Shown here piece by piece: positions 28,650 through 36,642 of a DNA stretch of 64,000 bases. A program made the position numbers and the translations under genes. Source of the DNA: an uncultured Pseudanabaenaceae cyanobacterium (GTDB lineage: Bacteria; Cyanobacteriota; Cyanobacteriia; PCC-9006; JAAUQQ01). Under the pieces are notes generated by a model that was not told where the DNA came from, ran no database searches, and saw only the letters and a list, made by a program, of their open reading frames with translations. Numbering within the stretch: the first letter of the stretch is position 1; every line of letters starts with the position of its first letter. The stretch lies in NCBI GenBank assembly GCA_938017515.1, contig CALIJJ010000209.1, forward strand, positions 10,108 to 74,107. Reading direction: 5' to 3'.

Positions 28650-28870
28650 CAGCTCCTCGGAGGGCAGCGGTGCGCTTACGATTTGACCGTCCGCGATGAT
28701 GTGGTGGCTGCTGCGGACAGAGGAGCGTCGTGCAGGGGGGCTTTGCCCGCAGCGGTATGACATCGATGGTGATGCTGCGGGAGTTGTAACCGATTCCTCG
28801 GTGATCCACCGCTAAGAGGCTCTAAGCTCGATACCCGTTCAACCCATCTGACAGAAGGGGACTGAAATCC
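28650..28870 (-). pseudogene. Frameshifted remnant of a small secreted protein paralogous to the 31645 and 32026 genes
   Basis: DNA 28741-28790 (gatggtgatgctgcgggagttgtaaccga) aligns with 32134-32160 in the intact paralog. Peptide fragments ...GYNSRSITIDV and TAAGKAP... match the paralog in two different frames. No intact signal peptide. Confidence 0.45.
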
Positions 28871-29715
28871 TCGCTGTGGCAATGAGCTTTTGGCTAACGC
28901 CCCCAATTTGGCCCATGTATCGCGGTGGAGTTAAACCAACATCAATGACTATCATCAGGGTTTCAGAATCCGATGTAGCTCATCAATATTCTCGCTAAAG
29001 TGCTGTAACTGAGAACGTATTGATTGGGATGCTCTGGTCTCGTCTCTCAGTTTTGCTGAGGTTTGAGGCTGGGGGCAATCTGGCAAAGAGCTGAGAGTCG
29101 TCGAGCGCTCTTTGATGGTCAATAATGTTGTCGTCGTCTTCATGACTTAACGGTCCACTCAATAACGGTTTAAATAATTAAATAAGTCCCTGAGAAGGGT
29201 CGATGCTTTAGCGAATAGGTCGTTTAACTTAGAACGCTGACCTAAAAAGAGGCTGTCATGACGGAGGATTCTAGCTGGCAGAATTCGCTCCATGAGATCA
29301 GTCCTACCGTTTCCCAGTTACTGATTTGAGCACACAGCGCTTCACGGGCTAGTTCTCTTCTCAACTCCTCTTCAAAGCTTGTGCCGTAGAAGGCAGCCAG
29401 CTCAGATACGCATATAAACAGGGATTGGGCTCTTTGTTGGGGGGTATCCATAAAACAGTACTGTTTATTTTTAGTGACTAAAGCATCATTATTTTTACGG
29501 GAAATTGCTGACCAACCTGGTGACCGAGATCGCTTTTTCCATATTTGGAATGCCATAGAGCTGACAGGATAAGCTCTCGAAGTTCCATCGCTGCATCTCC
29601 GGGGTGCTGACAACCCCTGAAATTCATCGGAGCATCCAGCAGCCCGTTGATCGGTCGTATCGGTTGCATCGTGAGGGCTGAATTGCGAATGTGGGTCCAT
29701 CGTTGAGCACGCCCA

Positions 29716-29743
29716 TAAAAAAGCCCCGCCGGTGAGGGCGGGG
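29716..29743 (-). terminator. Rho-independent terminator downstream of the small repeat-peptide gene
   Basis: On the minus strand: ttccccgcc ctcacc ggcgggg followed by ctttttt. Confidence 0.5.
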
Positions 29744-29784
29744 AATCTTGGTTGTGGGTGTGAGAAAACTTGTGGTCTGGTTGC

Positions 29785-30039
29785 TTAGCCGATGGTTTGA
29801 ATATCGCGCTCGCTACCGCGATAGGAAGCAACGGTTTCCAGGCGACCCGCAGCACGATAAGCGATCGCATTCTCCAGTCTGCCGCTGGCACGGAAGGCAA
29901 GGGTCTCTCCGGCACTAATCCGACCCGTACCGCGATGGGCAACGGCCGCGAAGCTATGGCTAACAGGGCTCGCTGTGAGAACTGTGCTGGCCAGGAAGAG
30001 TGCAGCGGTCGCGAACTTTTGAGTGGTGGGGAGAGCCAT
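29785..30039 (-). CDS. Small secreted tandem-repeat peptide (84 aa precursor)
   Basis: Sec-type signal (MALPTTQKFATAALFLASTVLTASPVSHSFAA). The mature part consists of four ~12-aa repeats A-x-R-x-x-G-R-L-E (AHRGTGRISAGETL / AFRASGRLENAI / AYRAAGRLETV / ASYRGSERDIQTIG). Has its own terminator. The track ORF begins further upstream at 30099. Confidence 0.5.
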   Translation of the reverse strand: MALPTTQKFATAALFLASTVLTASPVSHSFAAVAHRGTGRISAGETLAFRASGRLENAIAYRAAGRLETVASYRGSERDIQTIG

Positions 30040-30498
30040 ATTAGCGCCTGGGGTAGAAGGATTAAGGTGCGTTTGCTTATCTGTATCTACAGAACTCACC
30101 GGTGATCTACGCGCTCGATTGGATATTTGGTGTCGGTAAGAAATTTGGCCTGAGGTGGGCGATTCGGAGGGGGATTGGGGCAGGTATCACCGTCCATGTA
30201 TTGAAAATCAGATAGATATGGTGAGGCAGTCATCGGAGTGGAAATCGTTTTTGGGAAGGCAAGCACGATTGACATCAGCCACTCTGGCAACCGTCCTCGA
30301 ATGAGGATTGGGGTGAAGAGAAACTGAAACGATGCAACCTTCCCATGGCCCAGCGAATAATGGTCCAGCAAAGGTTGCATCGTTTTAGTGCCGAACTCAT
30401 AAGCCTCGGACATCTTGTGATGAAGGGAATCCCCGGAGGGGAGCCTTCCGAGGAATACCTTCATCGATAGTCCTGTGGATAACAGGGGAAGGAGTGGA

Positions 30499-31362
30499 TT
30501 AAGCCGAAACTAAATCAGCCTTGATGACATAGGCATTCTCAACCGTAGCGAGCAAGTCATTGCCCTGGGAGATCTTGGAAGTCCATTGACCATTCGCGAA
30601 AGTCTGCTTGATGTTGTAGTTGTTAGTACTACCGAAGACTCTAAGCTTATCTCCTTCCACCCAATTGAAATCGGTGACTTCAGCGTAGCCATTGCCTTGG
30701 TAGAAGTTACCGGAGGTGCCACCGAGTACGAAGATGTCAGCACCGCTGCCGCCACTGAGGACATCGTACTCAGCTGCATTGAGGGCGCGGGTAGAAGAAC
30801 CCCGGAGAATATCGTTGCCGCTACCGCCGTAGAGTTTGTCAGTGCCAGCACCACCGACGAGAGTGTCCTTGCCACTGCCGCCAAAGAGCTTATCTTTGCC
30901 GGAGCCACCGCTCATGTAGTCATTGCCATAGGATCCCGACATGTAATCATTGCCGGAGCCACCATACATGGTGTCGTTTCCGGAGCCGCCGTACATGGTG
31001 TCGTTGCCGGAGCCACCGCTCATGTAGTCCTTGCCGGAGCCACCGTTCATGTAGTCCTTGCCGGAGCCACCGACCATGTAGTCCTTACCGGAGCCACCAT
31101 AGAGGCTATCGTTTCCGGAGTTGCCGTAAAGGTTATCCTTGCCCTTGCCACCGTAGATGAGGTCATTGCCCTTGCCACCGTAGATGGTGTCATTGCCGTC
31201 GTCGCCGTAGAGCTTGTCAGCGCCGCCGAGTCCTTTGATGAGGTCATTGCCATCGTTGCCATGAATGGTGTCCTTGCCATCTTTGAAGGTGAAGATGAAC
31301 TTGAAAGGATTGCTGCCGGTGAGTGTGTCGTTGGCGGGGGTACCGTTGATAACTTTGCCCAT
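30499..31362 (-). CDS. RTX-type calcium-binding repeat protein (hemolysin-type Ca-binding beta-roll)
   Basis: At least 20 GGxGxDxxx nonapeptide repeats (GGSGNDTMY, GGSGKDYMS...). The C-terminal ~80 aa is non-repetitive and could carry a T1SS signal. No T1SS genes adjacent. Confidence 0.8.
   Translation of the reverse strand: MGKVINGTPANDTLTGSNPFKFIFTFKDGKDTIHGNDGNDLIKGLGGADKLYGDDGNDTIYGGKGNDLIYGGKGKDNLYGNSGNDSLYGGSGKDYMVGGSGKDYMNGGSGKDYMSGGSGNDTMYGGSGNDTMYGGSGNDYMSGSYGNDYMSGGSGKDKLFGGSGKDTLVGGAGTDKLYGGSGNDILRGSSTRALNAAEYDVLSGGSGADIFVLGGTSGNFYQGNGYAEVTDFNWVEGDKLRVFGSTNNYNIKQTFANGQWTSKISQGNDLLATVENAYVIKADLVSA
30780..31230. repeat. 27-bp tandem DNA repeats encoding RTX nonapeptides
   Basis: gccggagccaccgctcatgtagtcctt-type units repeated many times with minor variation. 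Confidence 0.8.
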
Positions 31363-31644
31363 GATGTTGTGTTCCTAAAGAAGTGTGAGTGAGGTGTGTT
31401 CCTCTGTTGGCTATCTCTAGGAGTGGTTGAATCAGAATATGCAGGGGAGAGAGAAAAAAGGGCAAAAAAGAGGGAAAGGAAATGGCGAAGGCCCTTGCAA
31501 TGGTGGGGGAACGGGAGGGCTCATTGAAGGTATATTGAACGCAAAACCAGGGCACTGGATAGCGCCCTGGAAGGTTGGATATGGTTCATGTATGGGGTGG
31601 TGACGGGTCGACCAGCAGACTAGCTTTCAAGAAACGGAGGTAAC

Positions 31645-31917
31645 CTAGTCGTCGTTGTCGAGGTTCTTGAGGAAGCTGCCGACGGAGCGCTCTAGCTCAG
31701 GGGTCGGTGTCTCACCAGCAGCGGTGAGGATATCTTCAACGGAGACTTTGCCGGAATTCAAATTTTGGGTGAGGCTCTGATAGCCATTGATACCGTCGAT
31801 TTGGCCACGGTAGGCGCGGGTGGCAATGTCAAAGGGGGTTGCGGCGAGGGCGGACGCTGAGGCGAGCAGTGTGCCAGTGAAGATCAATGCAGAGAAAGCG
31901 CGGGTGATGGATCGCAT
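31645..31917 (-). CDS. Small secreted protein (90 aa), family of unknown function
   Basis: Signal peptide MRSITRAFSALIFTGTLLASASALA. Mature region ATPFDIATRAYRGQIDGINGYQ...VEDILTAAGETP is paralogous to the 32026 gene. Confidence 0.6.
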   Translation of the reverse strand: MRSITRAFSALIFTGTLLASASALAATPFDIATRAYRGQIDGINGYQSLTQNLNSGKVSVEDILTAAGETPTPELERSVGSFLKNLDNDD

Positions 31918-32025
31918 GATTGCTACTCCGAGGAGATGAGGAATGAAAGGAGAGAGAATGAATAAACTTAGAGAAGCAGTCGGGCTCGAGAGTTGTGTGT
32001 GGAACTTGAGCCCAACTTGCCATCA

Positions 32026-32295
32026 TTACTTGACGTCAGCGATGACGCGGAGGCTGCTGCGAACGGAGGAGCGTAGTGCCGTGGTGGGTTCTTGGCCAGC
32101 AGCCGTGATGATGTCATCAACGGTGATGCTGCGGGAGTTGTAGCCGAGCTCCAGGCGCTCATAGCCAGGGATGCCAGCGAGCTCACCGCGATAGGCTTGC
32201 TGGGCAATGTCAGCGGGGGAAGCGAAGGCGGAGGAAGCTGCGAGCAGCGTACCGACGAAAGCGAAAGCGGAAGCGGTTTGAGTGAAGGATTTCAT
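32026..32295 (-). CDS. Small secreted protein (89 aa), paralog of the 31645 gene
   Basis: Signal MKSFTQTASAFAFVGTLLAASSAFA. Mature SPADIAQQAYRGELAGIPGYERLELGYNSRSITVDDIITAAGQEP shares the AYRG...GY...ITAAG(E/Q)(T/E)P motifs. The track ORF extends to 32382. Confidence 0.6.
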   Translation of the reverse strand: MKSFTQTASAFAFVGTLLAASSAFASPADIAQQAYRGELAGIPGYERLELGYNSRSITVDDIITAAGQEPTTALRSSVRSSLRVIADVK

Positions 32296-32728
32296 GATTT
32301 TGAACTCCGGGGAATGAGTGAAGCGACCAGGCTCAAAGGCTGTTTGGGCCGCTGTGTTTTCTTCGATGTCTGTACTATGCATCGCTTGTCTGAGTTCCCC
32401 TGGAGTCGTAGCTGAAGTGTTCTAGATGATTGGCTGAGATTTTGCTGAGATGACGAAATAACTGACTATTTTGCTGTTGAACTAGGCCTGCCCCCTCGCT
32501 GGTTGCCCTACTGCATCAGCGGAATTCGTGAAGCAAATTCCTGCAAAGGAGCATTCCTTCCAGGTCTGAGGTTTTCTGGATATCACCTCAGGTCCATGGC
32601 TGCGCAATCTTTGTTGAGCAGTCTTATCCTGGTCCGGCGCCTTTTCTTTTCGTGCAGTAAATTGGCAATATTACCTGCGGGTTCATCCCCTCTAGGGCAT
32701 CCTGCAAAGATTTTCAGGGAGACTGTGC

Positions 32729-34405
32729 ATGACTGCGATCGCTGCCCCCGCCGCTACAGCCGAAGCCAAGCTATCCATCCAAGACGCCCCCCATCGGCGC
32801 ACCCCTTATCAACCCCAAAACCACCGCAACGTTCTTTGTATCTTTCCCGAATACACCAAATCCTTCGGGACGCTGCACCATGCCTACCCTCTCACCGGAG
32901 GCCGCGTCAAAGCCTTTATGCCGCCCCAGGGCATCCTCGTGATTGCCGCCTATCTGCCTGAGTGTTGGGACGTTCGCTTCGTTGATGAAAATATCAAACT
33001 CGCCAAGCAATCTGACTACCGCTGGGCCGATGTCGTGATTGTCAGCGGCATGCACATCCAAAAGCCCCAGATTAATCGTATTAACGACCTCGCCCATCGC
33101 TATGGCAAACTCACTCTTGTGGGTGGACCCTCGGTTTCTGGGTGCCCTGAGTACTACCCCGATTTTGATCTGATTCATGTGGGTGAGCTAGGGGATGCGA
33201 CCGATCAGGCCATTGCCTATATCGATCAGCATAAGGACCGCCCCAGCGAGCAGCAGCGCTTTGTTACAGGCGGTGCTTCGAATGCCGTTGGAGATGGCCG
33301 CACCCCCCTCAGCGAGTTTCCCATCCCTGCTTACCATCTGCTCAACATGGACGAATACTTTCTGGGCAGTGTCCAATATTCCAGTGGCTGCCCCTACCGC
33401 TGTGAATTTTGTGATATCCCTGAACTCTATGGCCGTAAGCCTCGGATTAAAACGCCTGAGCAGATTACCCAGGAGTTAGATGCCATGCTGGCGGCAGGCA
33501 GCATTGGGGCAGTGTATTTCGTCGATGATAATTTTGTGGGCGATCGCCGTGCTGCCATGGAGTTGTTGCCGCATCTCATTCAGTGGCAAAAGGAGCGAGG
33601 TTACCCTGTCCAATTTGCCTGCGAAGCGACGCTCAATCTTGCCCAAAGCCCCAAACTGCTGGAGATGATGCGGGAAGCCTATTTTTGTACGGTGTTCTGT
33701 GGCATTGAAACGCCTGAAACCGATGCACTGACCGCAATCTCGAAGCAGCAAAACTTGAGCCTGCCCATTCTGGAGGCGATCGAAATCCTCAATGGCTATG
33801 GGATGGAAGTGGTGTCGGGCATTATTTTGGGATTGGATACAGACACGCCAGAGACGGGCGATCGCATCCTCGATTTCATTCGCCGCTCCAATATCCCCAT
33901 GCTGACGATTAACCTGTTGCAGGCCTTGCCCCGCACCCCGCTCTGGCGTCGCTTAGAGCAGGAAAATCGTCTAGTTGATGATGCAAGTCGTGAGTCCAAC
34001 GTGGACTTCGTCATGCCCTATGAAGAGGTCGTGGACATGTGGCGACGTTGCATCACAGCAGCCTATGATCCGGAATTCCTGTACGAGCGATTTGTCCACA
34101 ACATCAACCATACCTATCGTAATCGGATTAAAGTTCCCAATAGCCCAGCGCGAGCTTCCAAGGCCAATATCAAGAAGGGGCTGACTTACTTGGCAAACAT
34201 CCTGCTGCGCGCTGGCGTCCTCAGCCATTATCGGGAGACGTTTTGGAAATTGGCTTGGCCTGCACTTAAAAAGGGCAAGATCGAACAAATTATCCATGTG
34301 GGTCTCGTTGGGCATCACCTTATTCAATTTTCTAGAGAATGTGCCCGCGGTGAAGCGTCAGCCTCATTTTATTCCCAAAAGCTTCGACAATCGCATGAAT
34401 ACTAA
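32729..34405 (+). CDS. B12-binding radical SAM protein with C-terminal DUF4070-like region
   Basis: The N-terminal cobalamin-binding Rossmann region (PPQGILVIAAYLPECWDVRFVDEN) is a B12-rSAM hallmark. The rSAM CxxxCxxC-type cluster is CPYRCEFCDIP. About 170 aa follow the core (DUF4070-like, recalled). Confidence 0.85.
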   Translation: MTAIAAPAATAEAKLSIQDAPHRRTPYQPQNHRNVLCIFPEYTKSFGTLHHAYPLTGGRVKAFMPPQGILVIAAYLPECWDVRFVDENIKLAKQSDYRWADVVIVSGMHIQKPQINRINDLAHRYGKLTLVGGPSVSGCPEYYPDFDLIHVGELGDATDQAIAYIDQHKDRPSEQQRFVTGGASNAVGDGRTPLSEFPIPAYHLLNMDEYFLGSVQYSSGCPYRCEFCDIPELYGRKPRIKTPEQITQELDAMLAAGSIGAVYFVDDNFVGDRRAAMELLPHLIQWQKERGYPVQFACEATLNLAQSPKLLEMMREAYFCTVFCGIETPETDALTAISKQQNLSLPILEAIEILNGYGMEVVSGIILGLDTDTPETGDRILDFIRRSNIPMLTINLLQALPRTPLWRRLEQENRLVDDASRESNVDFVMPYEEVVDMWRRCITAAYDPEFLYERFVHNINHTYRNRIKVPNSPARASKANIKKGLTYLANILLRAGVLSHYRETFWKLAWPALKKGKIEQIIHVGLVGHHLIQFSRECARGEASASFYSQKLRQSHEY

Positions 34406-34677
34406 GCTTTACCCCGCTTGATTCTGAACAAAACACCTCCAGACCGTAATCTTGGGGTTGCTTAGTGCCTCACCCAATGCAACAGTCTAAACAGTGAAAC
34501 TCGAAAACACAGGCACGCATCCTTCGCTGGTGTTACCATCCTTGGTGGGTGTTGTTGAAACTTTACCCTTGTGATTGACCGATGAAAAATTCAGCGAAGT
34601 CCGTCAGCAACCAAGCTAATAAAATCCGTGCCGTGGTATCACAATCGACGCCTGATGCCCTGGAACGCAAGGCAACT

Positions 34678-34890
34678 ATGCCTTGGGAGGTCGAAGGAGA
34701 ATTTGAGGTAGATGCCCGGGTGGTTAGCCAGGACAAAGGCGAGATCTTAGTGCGAATCACAAAGTCTGGCGCCCAATATTATCTGACGGTTAAGGGCTTT
34801 TTGCCGGGGAAGGTCAACAACCAGCTATGGCGACTTTCCTGTTTGCGAGAGTCTGGGCAGATCGAATTGCTCGATGGTCGCCCTCTCTAA
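34678..34890 (+). CDS. Small hypothetical protein (70 aa; track ORF from 34582)
   Basis: MPWEVEGEFEVDARVVSQDKGEILVRITKSGAQYYLTVKGFLPGKVNNQLWRLSCLRESGQIELLDGRPL. Beta-rich composition. Followed by a strong terminator. Confidence 0.4.
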   Translation: MPWEVEGEFEVDARVVSQDKGEILVRITKSGAQYYLTVKGFLPGKVNNQLWRLSCLRESGQIELLDGRPL

Positions 34891-34922
34891 CGATCATCTC
34901 GTCTCGAATTGTGGCTTTCATG

Positions 34923-34962
34923 GGCTTGCTCACAAAACTGATTGTGAGCAAGCCTTGTTTGT
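34923..34962 (+). terminator. Rho-independent terminator (12-bp perfect stem)
   Basis: ggcttgctcaca aaactgat tgtgagcaagcc ttgtttgt. Lies 30 nt after the 34890 stop. Confidence 0.55.
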
Positions 34963-34966
34963 GGCT

Positions 34967-35017
34967 GAGACCCTCCAGAACCGCTAGGTCTTCTAAAAAC
35001 GTTAGGCCCTCCAAAAC
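34967..35017 (+). promoter_or_regulatory. Two 18-bp direct repeats upstream of the decarboxylase gene
   Basis: ccctccagaaccgctagg (34967-34984) and ccctccaaaaccgctagg (35000-35017). The second ends 38 nt before the start at 35056. Confidence 0.4.
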
Positions 35018-35055
35018 CGCTAGGATCGGGTCATTCCGTTTGCTACATTTTTCCC

Positions 35056-36495
35056 ATGATCTTGCCTGACTCTGCCTTCATCCATCCTGCGGGGGTACAC
35101 CGTAATGCGGTGGAGCAGTTTCTCCAGAAGGCTGTTGCTTTACTGATCGAGGAGATGGGGCAAGCGGAGACGCGATCGCCTCTTCCTACACTGGAAGCGA
35201 TGCCGTCTACGACGCTGCCGCTCCAAGGGCTCAACGAAGCTGACCTGCTGGCCCAGCTCAGAAGCATTCTGCGCCAGTCCATGAATGCGGCGCATCCTGG
35301 CTTTATGGGTCACATGGACTCTATCCCCACCACCGCTTCGATTGTGGGGGATTTGATGGCGGCGGCTTTGAATAACAACATGCTCAGTGTGGAGATGTCA
35401 CCGGTCTTTTCACGGCTGGAACCCCTGTTGCTGCGTCAGATCGCCCAGCGGTTTGGCTTAGCTGATCAGGCGGACGGTGTGCTGGTGAGTGGCGGGAGTT
35501 TGGGGAATTTGCAGGCGATCGCCGTTGCCCGCAATACCCATTTTCCGGTCTTAGAAAAGGGTCTTGCTGGTCTTCAAAAGCCGCCGGTGGTGTTTGCCTC
35601 TGAGGTTGCTCATACATCCATTCAGAAGGCGGCAATGGTGCTGGGACTCGGGAGCCAAGGCGTGGTCTCTGTGCCGGCCAATGCCAATTCTCAAATGGAC
35701 CCGGAGCTGCTGCGGCAGAGCATTATCCGGGCTCAGGAGGCAGGGCAAGCTCCGTTCTGTGTTGTGGCAACTGCCGGGACGACGGTGACGGGAAATGTGG
35801 ACCCGTTGGAGGCGATCGCCGATATTGCCCAGGAATTCGGCCTCTGGTTGCATGTGGATGCCTCCTATGGCGGGGCGGTTGTGTTCTCGCCGGACCATTG
35901 TCATTTGCTCAAGGGCATTGAGCAGGCTGATTCCGTGACATTCAATCCCCAAAAATGGCTGTATGTCACCAAGGTCTGTGCCATGGTGTTGTTTCGCGAT
36001 GGATCAGCCTGGCGTCAGCATTTCCAGATTGCAGCGCCCTACATGGGGAATGCAGGCCCGTGGCATAACTTGGGCGAAAGCAGCATCCAGGGGACACGCC
36101 ATGCGGATGTGTTGAAGTTGTGGCTGTCGTTGCAGCATTTGGGGGAGGCAGGCTACGCGGAAATCATTGGCCATAATTTTCAGATCACGGAGCAGTTTGT
36201 TGCGGCGGTGCGCGATCGCCCCTTTCTACATCTCGCCAGCCAACCGCAGATGAACCTGGTTTGTTTCCGCAGTGAACCTACGACTCTGCCACCGGAGCAG
36301 TGGGATGACTGGAATCTTAAGTTGCAGAAGCATCTTTTGTCCGAGGGAAAAACCTTTCTGTCCCTGCCGTTCTACCGAGGGCAGCGCTGGCTTAAGGCGG
36401 TGTTGCTCAATCCGTTCACGGAGCGATCGCACCTTGATACTTTGTTTGCCTCCCTGGATGAATTCCATGGAGCAATTGGCGCAAAACGCCGATAA
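35056..36495 (+). CDS. Pyridoxal-phosphate-dependent decarboxylase, group II (DDC/GAD/HDC/DABA-decarboxylase family)
   Basis: Fold-type I PLP enzyme with the SxNPQKW lysine motif (FNPQKWLYV), an H-to-Q variant of the usual NPHK. Length and topology match group II decarboxylases. Confidence 0.8.
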   Translation: MILPDSAFIHPAGVHRNAVEQFLQKAVALLIEEMGQAETRSPLPTLEAMPSTTLPLQGLNEADLLAQLRSILRQSMNAAHPGFMGHMDSIPTTASIVGDLMAAALNNNMLSVEMSPVFSRLEPLLLRQIAQRFGLADQADGVLVSGGSLGNLQAIAVARNTHFPVLEKGLAGLQKPPVVFASEVAHTSIQKAAMVLGLGSQGVVSVPANANSQMDPELLRQSIIRAQEAGQAPFCVVATAGTTVTGNVDPLEAIADIAQEFGLWLHVDASYGGAVVFSPDHCHLLKGIEQADSVTFNPQKWLYVTKVCAMVLFRDGSAWRQHFQIAAPYMGNAGPWHNLGESSIQGTRHADVLKLWLSLQHLGEAGYAEIIGHNFQITEQFVAAVRDRPFLHLASQPQMNLVCFRSEPTTLPPEQWDDWNLKLQKHLLSEGKTFLSLPFYRGQRWLKAVLLNPFTERSHLDTLFASLDEFHGAIGAKRR

Positions 36496-36642
36496 AAATC
36501 GGGTTCTCCAACGGCTCTGATGGCCTCTGGAAAACCCGACGCTATAACTCTAAAGGGTGGCTCAAGGAAGATACTCTGACTCCTAAGGGTGGTGCCTCCT
36601 GTCTCGACACCACCCTTAGGAGAAAGCTTGATGAAAAAGCGC

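Noticed and set aside
29242-29942. Overlapping 152-aa and 154-aa minus-strand ORFs in the 28.9-29.9 kb patch
   Set aside because: They occupy different frames of the same DNA, have no signal or motif, and the patch shows gene decay. They may be remnants. Too weak to call.
30096-30464. 122-aa minus-strand ORF upstream of the repeat-peptide gene
   Set aside because: No recognisable features, and its stop abuts the artificial upstream extension of the 29785 gene. It could be real, but there is no supporting evidence.
30586-31392. 268-aa + strand ORF antisense to the RTX gene
   Set aside because: A product of the repetitive GC-rich RTX coding DNA. Its translation is a low-complexity A/V/G/T string, whereas the minus strand gives perfect GGxGxD nonapeptides.
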